A stretch of DNA of 64,000 nucleotides, from assembly GCA_025055755.1 (NCBI GenBank), contig JANWWF010000002.1, positions 199,628-263,627 on the forward strand, read 5' to 3'. Each line of letters opens with the position of its first letter. Within the stretch, counting starts at the first letter, position 1. This DNA comes from Candidatus Kapaibacterium sp. (GTDB lineage Bacteria > Bacteroidota > Ignavibacteria > Kapaibacteriales > NICIL-2). The position numbers were made by a program, and so were the translations under genes. The notes beneath the pieces were generated by a model. It made no database searches and was not told the DNA's origin. It worked only from the letters and a program-made list of their open reading frames with translations. Shown here one piece after another: positions 17,352 to 25,981 of the stretch.

Positions 17352-20300
17352 GTGATGGAGCCAATGAAAATGCATGCTTATGTAGTGAGCGCTATCCTAT
17401 TGCTGTTTGGCATATCCTCATGGGCACGCGACATAGATCGAGCGAAGTATGGCAAAAAACTTGTACAGCCTCAAGCAGCGCAGTTCAATGACCTACGGCA
17501 AAACACCGTTAGCCGGGTACGATTTATGATCACCAATTATGGTATTTTTGGTCTCGACGTAGCACGCAATCAGGGGGGAGGATTTTGGCCACGTGGCTCA
17601 ACAAATGAGTACATTTTTGGTGGGGGGATATGGTTCGGAGCAATCAAGACGAAGGATGGGTTACCTCGGAAGATGAGTGTAATCTCCTATAATCCAAACT
17701 CAGGTGCCTCATGGATGACACCGGGATCGATTGATGATGGGGACGAAGCAGATCGATCGCCAGAAGCAGTGTTGAAAAACCGTGTGTACCTTAGTACGGA
17801 TTTTGTTCGCGCAAATGGTCTGCCACGTAATCCTGCGGATGGCCCTAACTGGCCAATCTGGGATAGCAATCCCAATGACACGTTAGCAAATCGTTCCGTT
17901 ATCAAGGATAGAACGCGTTACCTCGGCTTCTACATTAATGATGTAGATAAACGAAATATTGCGACCTTCCCTAAGGGTCCAGCGTTTATTTCGCAGGAGG
18001 ATATCTTCACCGTTTATAAGGACACTGACCTTCGAGTGTATGAGATCGGGGAAGATGCTGCAAAGGCGGAGGGATATCCGCTCCGCATCCAGGTAGAGCA
18101 AACTGTGTACACATGGGGATTTGGTGAATACGCAAACTTCTACTTTATTCGTTACAACATTATCAACCGTTCGACAGATACACTCTATGAGTGCTGGATG
18201 GCTCCAGCATTTGATTTCGACTTAGCGGCAGCACCCAATTTTGCAGCTGGTGCGGGTAATGATCGCGTAAGCTACTATTTCCAGGATACCACACTCAACT
18301 TGGCATACCAATGGACCAATACTGATCGGGGAGAGCGAGGACGCCGCTTTGGGTATGTTGGTATGACATTTCTAGAAAGCCCTGCAGTCGATGAAAATGG
18401 CTTTATTCGTCGCGATAAACTCTATTATCCTCTCAGCGAGCAACTGGGATTGCGGACATTCCGAAACTGGGTTATTGACATTGACCCGAAGACTACAATT
18501 GAGCGATATGACTTTATGGCGTCGGGGGCGCGAGATGGGGATACTGGGCCGGGGGATAAACGCTTCCTCATGGCCACAGGACCATTCAATATGCGGCCAG
18601 GGGATACGGCTCGTGTGGTTGTAGGGACGATTTTTGCCCTTCCTGTAAAGGAAGAAGCAGATGGGACGGTAGAGGATTTAGTGAATCTTGTGCGTCGGAC
18701 TCAGTTTGCCCAAAGAGTGTATGATAATGGCTTTGCAGCTCCTGAACCTCCTGAACCCCCAAGAGTAACTACCCAACCGCTCAACCACGCGATTATTGTC
18801 AGCTGGGACACTACAAGCTACGCCTCTTACGACCGCGAGGAAAAGGGAATGGATATCATGGGATTCCGCATCTTCCGTTCGCGTGTTCCCACCCAGGATA
18901 CTTTTGACGTTGACTTTCGCTCACCAAGTGCTGAATATCCTGGCGGCCGTGGACCGTTCGGGTGGAAGCAAATAGCTGAGTGGATAACGCCATCGCCCTT
19001 CGTAATGACTGCAATTATGTCGGATAGCTCGAACATGTTAAGTGCGCGTTATCCATGGATACGCATCTTTCCTCGCGCATCCAAATCCAGCTATCGAACC
19101 TTGTATCCAGGATTTCTTAGCTCATCGGATGTGACAAATGACAGTGTTATTTTGATTCGGCGTCTTCCGAATACCACCAGCGAACCATGGAGAAGTTTTT
19201 GGCAGCCTCTTGTGCCTCAGCAGACGTATTCGAATCCGATACGGTATGATACGCTGACGCTCGGTATCATTCGTATTTTGCCGGGGGGAACACTTCCTCC
19301 ACTTCCTACTACTACCACCGATACAGCCACTATGAACCGTGCGATGCTGGTTCTCTGGCCTCAGATTACCTCAGGATTAGCACGCCTTCAATGGTTCCAA
19401 GATGACTGGGTTGATCTTCCATGGGCACGAGCGATAATCCGTAACTACCTCGATAGCGTTACAAACAATCGCACCTTCCTCGATTTGGGAGATGATAATG
19501 GAGATGGTGTTATCAATCGTGATGAAGATCTCCGTCGCCGTGAGGAAATTTTGAATAACGTCGAGTATTACTACAAAGTTGTTGCCTTGGACGAAGGGGA
19601 CTATGTCCAAGCCACGCCTATCAAAACCAGTATCTCTGTTGATTTACTCAATGTTGTTCAAGGGTTTGCTTTAGCGCCGGGACCATATCGGCAGCCTTCT
19701 ATTGAAACCACCTATGATCCAAATCAGCTCGGTGGACTTTATAACTTTCGTCTTATTCCCAAAGACCCCGATCGTTTTGCTCAATTGTTTGGGGGGCATG
19801 AAATTGAGCTCGAGTTTCAACCTTCGGTATCTGGATTCAGCGGATACAATTGCCTCGATACACTGTGGAATAACAATGCCACCTTTTACAAGGGCATTTA
19901 TGGCAATGAATTGATTGTGCGGGACAAGACAACGGGGAAGGAGCTTAACCGATACAATGTCCTCTATGAACCTGCCGATTGCTTGTTTGATAACTTTTAC
20001 TCGGATGTTGCAATGCTCTATGTATCGCCGCAGACGGGGCAATACCTATCGTTCTGTGAGGACATGCTACGGGGAGCAAATGATACCACGCTGTTTGTGC
20101 ATCCGTTTAATACCAGCGTTACTGCCCGTGGTGGATCGTGGACCACAGATAAGCCTTGCTTGGGAGGTGATCGCACGATTGCGGGGACTTTCGGAATAGC
20201 ATTTGACTACTACATTCAGCAGTTTGGAGGGATTTTCCGTCCCTACCGTATCGCGAAACTCAGTGGTAATGCGAACACCTTTTTAGAATTTCGTCCGCGT

Positions 20301-21455
20301 CGTGCTGAACTAATTCCTAAGGCAGAACCAGTCCAGGTGAATTATCGAACACTCCGCTTCCAGCGTTTCAATAATGGAGCAGGTATCTATGAAGTGGAGT
20401 TTCTTCCTGGAGGAGTTGAGACCATCACTACAACTTTCCTTCGACGGCGAGGTATTGGACAATTCGATACGATAAGACGGACATTTGATGCGTCCTATCT
20501 TAATGTTCGAGTGCGGAACATACGTACTTACAAACGACCTCTCCCGAACGGAGACTCCGTTCTCGTTCAATACGGTGACGATGTTCCCCATGTTAGCCAG
20601 GCATTACCAGCCAATCTAAGCGATTACAATCAAGATGGCTCGGTGAGCACCGTCCCATACCCCCACCCGCGTCTTGTTCCCATAGGATCGTTCAACCTGT
20701 CAGCCTATGCATGGAAAAATGGTCGTTACACCCCAGCGACGTGGAGTATTCGCGATGCGGTGACAGCGCGTGATACTCAAGCAGCTGCTAATAACAGTGG
20801 TGCTCCAGTTGGTACTCAAGGGAGGTACTACCTTTCGACGGTTACCCCCGAGGGAGACACGATTGATTTTACCCATGCACTTCTGATCGATGGAGCTACA
20901 TTCTGGCTAGATTTTGCAGGGAAGGGAGGACGCAATGGAACCGCAGCAGGACGGCAAACACCTCTGCCACCAGACACTGCAACGGCAACAGTGGACTTCA
21001 GGCCAGGAGATAAGATTATCATTGAAACGATAGGTGGTCCGTTTGGCTTACCACTTCCTGGAGCGAAGGTAACGTTCAAGGTGTCTGATGTACAAGTCCC
21101 CCAAGATCGCCTGACAGATGCAGATTTGGACAACATTGTTATTGTTCCTAATCCCTATGTCATCACCCACGTGGGGCAAAAGTCTTCCTATGATGCTAAG
21201 ATTTATTTCACTCGATTACCAAAGGAATGCACCATCAAAATCTACACAGTCGCTGGTGATCTTATACGAACAATTCGGCATGTCGATCAAGATGGCACAT
21301 TCCGCGTGGGTATGGACGTGTGGGATTTGCTCAGTGACAATCGCCAGCGAGCAGCATCACAAGGCTTGATTGCAGTAATTGAAACGCCAAATGGTGCGCA
21401 AACGGTCAAGAAGTTTGCTGTCGTTGTTGGCGGTGCACGTATTCTGGGACGATAG
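17352..21455 (+). CDS. porU: Large secreted protein with T9SS CTD; candidate PorU-like C-terminal signal peptidase
   Basis: 1367 aa, signal peptide; C-terminus NIVIVPNPYVITHV...KIYTVAGDLIRTI...VWDLLSDN...GLIAVIETPNG is a Por-type sorting domain; gene ends 2 nt before the PorV-like gene (porU-porV synteny). Peptidase C25 domain not verified. Confidence 0.4.
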   Translation: MMEPMKMHAYVVSAILLLFGISSWARDIDRAKYGKKLVQPQAAQFNDLRQNTVSRVRFMITNYGIFGLDVARNQGGGFWPRGSTNEYIFGGGIWFGAIKTKDGLPRKMSVISYNPNSGASWMTPGSIDDGDEADRSPEAVLKNRVYLSTDFVRANGLPRNPADGPNWPIWDSNPNDTLANRSVIKDRTRYLGFYINDVDKRNIATFPKGPAFISQEDIFTVYKDTDLRVYEIGEDAAKAEGYPLRIQVEQTVYTWGFGEYANFYFIRYNIINRSTDTLYECWMAPAFDFDLAAAPNFAAGAGNDRVSYYFQDTTLNLAYQWTNTDRGERGRRFGYVGMTFLESPAVDENGFIRRDKLYYPLSEQLGLRTFRNWVIDIDPKTTIERYDFMASGARDGDTGPGDKRFLMATGPFNMRPGDTARVVVGTIFALPVKEEADGTVEDLVNLVRRTQFAQRVYDNGFAAPEPPEPPRVTTQPLNHAIIVSWDTTSYASYDREEKGMDIMGFRIFRSRVPTQDTFDVDFRSPSAEYPGGRGPFGWKQIAEWITPSPFVMTAIMSDSSNMLSARYPWIRIFPRASKSSYRTLYPGFLSSSDVTNDSVILIRRLPNTTSEPWRSFWQPLVPQQTYSNPIRYDTLTLGIIRILPGGTLPPLPTTTTDTATMNRAMLVLWPQITSGLARLQWFQDDWVDLPWARAIIRNYLDSVTNNRTFLDLGDDNGDGVINRDEDLRRREEILNNVEYYYKVVALDEGDYVQATPIKTSISVDLLNVVQGFALAPGPYRQPSIETTYDPNQLGGLYNFRLIPKDPDRFAQLFGGHEIELEFQPSVSGFSGYNCLDTLWNNNATFYKGIYGNELIVRDKTTGKELNRYNVLYEPADCLFDNFYSDVAMLYVSPQTGQYLSFCEDMLRGANDTTLFVHPFNTSVTARGGSWTTDKPCLGGDRTIAGTFGIAFDYYIQQFGGIFRPYRIAKLSGNANTFLEFRPRRAELIPKAEPVQVNYRTLRFQRFNNGAGIYEVEFLPGGVETITTTFLRRRGIGQFDTIRRTFDASYLNVRVRNIRTYKRPLPNGDSVLVQYGDDVPHVSQALPANLSDYNQDGSVSTVPYPHPRLVPIGSFNLSAYAWKNGRYTPATWSIRDAVTARDTQAAANNSGAPVGTQGRYYLSTVTPEGDTIDFTHALLIDGATFWLDFAGKGGRNGTAAGRQTPLPPDTATATVDFRPGDKIIIETIGGPFGLPLPGAKVTFKVSDVQVPQDRLTDADLDNIVIVPNPYVITHVGQKSSYDAKIYFTRLPKECTIKIYTVAGDLIRTIRHVDQDGTFRVGMDVWDLLSDNRQRAASQGLIAVIETPNGAQTVKKFAVVVGGARILGR

Positions 21456-21457
21456 TA

Positions 21458-22561
21458 TTGCAACTACGGAGAATTAAAGCTATGCAAGTAGTATTTGTGA
21501 TTACTGTTGTTTATTCGCTTTTGAGTGTTTGCAGCAGTGTCATTGCTCAGCCTCCACAAGCGCAAGGCTCGTCGGCAGGAGAGTTCCGTAAGGTTGGTGC
21601 TGCTGGAGCCCAATTTTTGAAGATCGGTGTTGGGGCACGCGCCAACGGCATGGCTGGAGCATTTACTGCTATCGCGAATGACCCCTCGGCCCTCTTTTAC
21701 AACAATGCTGGCATTGTAGATATCAAAGGTTATATGGGCTCGTTCTCCTACATTCAGTGGTTTGGCGGCTATTCCCACAATTTTATCGCAGGGATTGTGC
21801 CGATGGGAGAGAATTACCGTGCTGCTTTATCTGTCACTTCGTTTACAAGCGGTCCTATACCGTTTGCCACTATTCAAGATGAAAACCGACTCAATACGAC
21901 GTATAGCATCACAGACGTAGCAATCGGTGGGACCTTTGCTGCCCAGCTTACTGACCAGTTTTCGTTTGGTGTAACTCTAAAGTACATCCAGAACGGCATT
22001 GGGGGCATGAGTGCCAGCGGAATTCTAGCAGATGTTGGCACTATGTACCGTTTTCGAGGAGTGCGATTAGGATTTTCCATTAGCAATTTAGGTCCGCCTC
22101 TCCAATTTTCGGGGGGAGATTTGAACTTCCGCACCGACTTGCTACGCGAGCTCCAATATCAACAAATAGATGCCTCCTACTTGGTGAATCCATTCAATGC
22201 ACCAATTTCGTTGAAGGCAGGATTAGCAGCAGACTTGACGACGGAACTATTGGGATTGTATGATTCCGATCCGAATCTTGCGATTAACCAATCACGAGAG
22301 CATCGGTGGCTTATGGCCCTTGAATTTGAAACACTTTCCGATGTCCCAGAACAGCTTGCAATAGGAACAGAGTATACCTGGAATGATTTGCTATCCATTC
22401 GAGCAGGCTATCGCTATAACCAAAGCGTGTTTGGCTTTAGTGGTGGTATAGGGATTCGCTACATAGGCAGCGGCTTCGAGGGTATGCTTGATTACTCAAT
22501 TCATCCCAGCTCAACCCTTGGCATAGTTAATCGTTTTTCCTTGACAGTTCGTCTTGATTGA
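21458..22561 (+). CDS. porV: PorV/LptO-like T9SS outer-membrane beta-barrel (FadL/OmpP1-like)
   Basis: 367 aa; signal peptide then GAAGAQFLKIGVGARANGMAGAFTAIANDPSALFYNNAGI, matching the conserved PorV N-terminal motif. Confidence 0.65.
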   Translation: MQLRRIKAMQVVFVITVVYSLLSVCSSVIAQPPQAQGSSAGEFRKVGAAGAQFLKIGVGARANGMAGAFTAIANDPSALFYNNAGIVDIKGYMGSFSYIQWFGGYSHNFIAGIVPMGENYRAALSVTSFTSGPIPFATIQDENRLNTTYSITDVAIGGTFAAQLTDQFSFGVTLKYIQNGIGGMSASGILADVGTMYRFRGVRLGFSISNLGPPLQFSGGDLNFRTDLLRELQYQQIDASYLVNPFNAPISLKAGLAADLTTELLGLYDSDPNLAINQSREHRWLMALEFETLSDVPEQLAIGTEYTWNDLLSIRAGYRYNQSVFGFSGGIGIRYIGSGFEGMLDYSIHPSSTLGIVNRFSLTVRLD

Positions 22562-22586
22562 TCCACTGTGTCGCACCTTGATTGTT

Positions 22587-22640
22587 CGAGTTCTCTTTGA
22601 TGTAGAACTCACAGCGCAGAGCAAAGCTTTTTTCCCCTTA
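22587..22640 (+). terminator. Possible intrinsic terminator after porV (gagttct/agaactc hairpin, downstream T-run)
   Basis: 7-bp stem 22588-22594/22604-22610, T6 at 22628-22633; spacing is loose. Confidence 0.3.
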
Positions 22641-22651
22641 ATGTAAGTGCC

Positions 22652-24085
22652 ATGATGAGGCACAAGTGGTGGCTTACGGTGATTGCGCTGTTGGCAATAC
22701 AGCTATCGGTTATTGGCCAGCAGACGTTTCCTCTGTCTCTTTCAATATCTCAGTTCCGGGCAGATTCGATACGAACACGCGTAGAAGTAGCGTACTCGAT
22801 TGCGGATACACATCTAGTCCACCAAATACATAGCAGCCATCCCGACTATGCTGTTGTTGCGGCAGAAATTCAATTTTTCATTAGTAGCCCTGCTTATTCC
22901 GATTCTCTAACGGTGGTTTTGGAAAGTACAAAGTCTATTAGGGATACAACTTGTGCACTGCTGGTCGGTAAGCGGGTTTTCCTCCTCCTGCCTGATCAAT
23001 ATACCTTGACTGTTCGTATACGCGATGCGCTCCGCCAACGGAGTGCAGTTTTGGAACGTAAAATACCATTAGTGGTGCGTAGCTTAAGTGAACGCTCTGT
23101 GCTTAGTGCAAGCAGCATCGAGTTAGCACAATTTATTCGCTATCACAATACTGATGATGTAGAGCAGAAAAATCCCTCATTTGTCAAGAATGGGTTTTAC
23201 GTTGTTCCTCTGCCATCTCACACGTATGAAGGTACAGCTCCAATACTCTATGCCTACACGGAGCTATATGGACTTGAGCAATGCCGGTGTGACAGTATCC
23301 AGCTTCATTATCGTATCCTGGATGCTGCCCACAACGAAGTGTTTGACCTACGATACGTGAGACCGGTTGTTGGAGAGGCCCAGGCAGAGATTATATCTAC
23401 TTCGCTGGATGGTTTAGCAAGTGGCGTGTACTACCTTACATTAGCGGTCGAGCGCTCAACAAAAGAAGAACTATTGCTGGGACGACAACAGTTTTTTCTT
23501 CTCAATCCCGAGCTACCTCCCCAACAGCCAACAGTCTTGAGCGAAGACGAGCTTTTTCTCCAAAGTCCCTTTGCTACTATGGATAATGCCCAGCTGGAAG
23601 TTGAGATTGCCTCCGCGCGTTTTATTGCACGTGCTACTGAATTAGATCCATACTTTCAGCTCACAGACATCGCTGCAAAACGGCGCTTTGTGTTCCGCTT
23701 CTGGCTGCAGCGTGATCCTGATCCATCAACTCCAGTTAATGAGCGGTATGAAGAATTCCGTCGTGCACGGGAGTATGCCGCAAAATTTTACAGGACTCCC
23801 CGCTTCCCAGAGGGCTGGAATAGTGACCGAGGACGTGTACTTCTAAAGTACGGTTTCCCCACACAAATCGATCGAGCATACTTCAACATGGACGGAGCGC
23901 ATCCCCATGAAATCTGGCGTTACGATAATGTGCAAGGAGGGGTAATATTCGTGTTTGTTGATCAACAGGGGACAGAAAACTTTGTCCTCGTGCATTCGAC
24001 GGCGCTTAATGAAATTCGAAATGAAAACTGGTATCGGCAATTTGCCATGCCGAATTACCTTGATCCAAACGCTCGGGTTCGATAA
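22652..24085 (+). CDS. GWxTD-domain protein (secreted)
   Basis: 477 aa, signal peptide; C-terminal region ...FPEGWNSDRGRVLLKYGFPTQ...EIWRYDN... contains the GWxTD-type core motif. Confidence 0.55.
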   Translation: MMRHKWWLTVIALLAIQLSVIGQQTFPLSLSISQFRADSIRTRVEVAYSIADTHLVHQIHSSHPDYAVVAAEIQFFISSPAYSDSLTVVLESTKSIRDTTCALLVGKRVFLLLPDQYTLTVRIRDALRQRSAVLERKIPLVVRSLSERSVLSASSIELAQFIRYHNTDDVEQKNPSFVKNGFYVVPLPSHTYEGTAPILYAYTELYGLEQCRCDSIQLHYRILDAAHNEVFDLRYVRPVVGEAQAEIISTSLDGLASGVYYLTLAVERSTKEELLLGRQQFFLLNPELPPQQPTVLSEDELFLQSPFATMDNAQLEVEIASARFIARATELDPYFQLTDIAAKRRFVFRFWLQRDPDPSTPVNERYEEFRRAREYAAKFYRTPRFPEGWNSDRGRVLLKYGFPTQIDRAYFNMDGAHPHEIWRYDNVQGGVIFVFVDQQGTENFVLVHSTALNEIRNENWYRQFAMPNYLDPNARVR

Positions 24086-24092
24086 GCGCCGT

Positions 24093-24956
24093 TCCATGCG
24101 ATTGCATATTTTGAAAGCGCTGGGATGGATAGCTTCCAAGACGGGGAAACGCGGAAGAAAAATACTGGCATTGGGAATTGGATTGGCACTGTATTACTTG
24201 CTGCCAGAGCGACGACGCCTAACTGTTGAGAACTTGCGCTATGCATTTCCTGCGACAACAAAAGCACAGATACTGAGATTAGCACGGCGATGCTTTATCA
24301 ATTTAGCGCTTGTGTTTTTAGAACTTCTTGCAACGCCCTATCTTTCAATTGCTATCCTTCGCAGCTATTTCCATTTTGTAAATCCAGAAGTCATTCGCCA
24401 GACAAAGACACAAGGACAGGGAGTAGTCCTGCTCAGTGCCCATTTGGCAAACTGGGAATGGTCTGCTATTGTTGCGGCTCTTGAATTCGGCGAGCCGCTA
24501 CTGGTCGTAGTAAAACAACAGCGAGACTATGTGATCAATCAGTGGCTTGATAGGGTGCGGCAGCGGACAGGGAATATCCTTGTTCCCATGCACCGAGCTG
24601 CTAAATCTATGCTTCAGTGGTTAGAGAAAGGAGGCATCGTTGCACTATTAGTGGATCAAGCTGCAGAGCCAACCAGCGATGTGTTTGTTCCTTTTTTCGG
24701 GCGCCCTGCAATCACGTACAAGGCTCCAGTTTTACTTGCTCGCCGAATGAATGCACTTTTAGTTGTTGGTTACAGCCTTCGAGATAAAGATGGTAGGTAT
24801 GTCGTACAATTTGTGCCAATACCTCGTGCAAATGATCCATCTGTGCCTGTCGAAGATGTCGTGGCTGAGTATACGCACGTATTAGAGTCAGTGATTCGTC
24901 AGGTACCAGAGCAGTGGGTGTGGCAACATAATCGCTGGAAATATCTCCAACACTGA
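24093..24956 (+). CDS. Lipid A biosynthesis (LpxL/HtrB-family) late acyltransferase
   Basis: Start chosen at MRLHIL (the annotated longer ORF overlaps the upstream gene); typical lauroyl/myristoyl acyltransferase layout with N-terminal TM and HX4D-like region. Confidence 0.6.
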   Translation, partial: SMRLHILKALGWIASKTGKRGRKILALGIGLALYYLLPERRRLTVENLRYAFPATTKAQILRLARRCFINLALVFLELLATPYLSIAILRSYFHFVNPEVIRQTKTQGQGVVLLSAHLANWEWSAIVAALEFGEPLLVVVKQQRDYVINQWLDRVRQRTGNILVPMHRAAKSMLQWLEKGGIVALLVDQAAEPTSDVFVPFFGRPAITYKAPVLLARRMNALLVVGYSLRDKDGRYVVQFVPIPRANDPSVPVEDVVAEYTHVLESVIRQVPEQWVWQHNRWKYLQH

Positions 24957-24965
24957 TCGTTCGGT

Positions 24966-25754
24966 ATGGTTATTGAACTGCATGAGCGTGTTGCCCTGGT
25001 AGGAGGGGCCACCCAAGGTATCGGATGGGCTATTGCGATAGCACTTGCTCGAGCAGGAGCAACAGTAATTCTGCTTGGGCGGCGCCAGCATGTATTGGCG
25101 CAACGTCTCGAAGAGCTTGAGAACATCACAGGGAAAAAACATAGAGCTATTGTCGTCGATTATAATTCTCCCACTGCAGGTACCGACATTATCGCGGCTC
25201 TCCAACAGCAGCAACTAAGTCCCGATATTCTGATCAACAACGTAGGTGGTCCCCCGCCCGGCGCTATTATTGATGCAACTCCAGAATCTTTTCACCAAGC
25301 ACTTCATCAGCTTATTCTCGTAATGCACGAGGTTCTGCAATACGTGCTTCCCATGATGAAGCATCAGCAATGGGGAAGGATTGTCAACATTATTTCTACT
25401 TCGGTGCGACAACCTCTCGAGGGATTGGGGGTATCGAATACGATTCGAGCAGCAACAGCAGCATGGGCGAAGACACTGTCGCTGGAAGTAGCCCAGTATG
25501 GAATTACTGTAAACAACATTCTCCCTGGTGCAACACGTACAGAACGCTTGCAGCAATTGATAGTGGCAAAAGCGCATCAGCGAAACATGCTAGAAAGTGA
25601 TGTTGAGCAAGAAATGCTTGCAGAAATTCCTATGCGACGCTTTGCACAACCCGAAGAGATTGCAGCTCTGGCAGTCTTTCTATGCTCGAACTTTGCAAGT
25701 TACATTACTGGCGAGTCTATCCGGGTCGATGGGGGGCGCAGTCGATGCTTGTAG
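24966..25754 (+). CDS. Short-chain dehydrogenase/reductase (FabG-like)
   Basis: 262 aa; N-terminal VGGATQGIGWAIA Rossmann motif, SDR catalytic region. Confidence 0.7.
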   Translation: MVIELHERVALVGGATQGIGWAIAIALARAGATVILLGRRQHVLAQRLEELENITGKKHRAIVVDYNSPTAGTDIIAALQQQQLSPDILINNVGGPPPGAIIDATPESFHQALHQLILVMHEVLQYVLPMMKHQQWGRIVNIISTSVRQPLEGLGVSNTIRAATAAWAKTLSLEVAQYGITVNNILPGATRTERLQQLIVAKAHQRNMLESDVEQEMLAEIPMRRFAQPEEIAALAVFLCSNFASYITGESIRVDGGRSRCL

Positions 25755-25760
25755 GAAGGT

Positions 25761-25795
25761 ACAAAAAAAGAAGGCGGCATTACTTGCGCCGCCGA
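25761..25795 (-). terminator. Intrinsic terminator for minus-strand initiator tRNA (ggcggc/gccgcc hairpin + U-run on minus strand)
   Basis: Stem 25773-25778/25788-25793; A7 run 25763-25769 on plus = U-run after hairpin on minus strand. Confidence 0.5.
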
Positions 25796-25809
25796 CCATA
25801 GAAATTAAG

Positions 25810-25882
<73 letters not shown>

Positions 25883-25981
25883 ATCACGCAACGCAAAAAT
25901 ACGAACTTTCAGCTCAATCATGCAAATGATTGTGAGATTTACAAGCTAATTTTGTGCATGCATCATAACTTTTCCTGAGGA

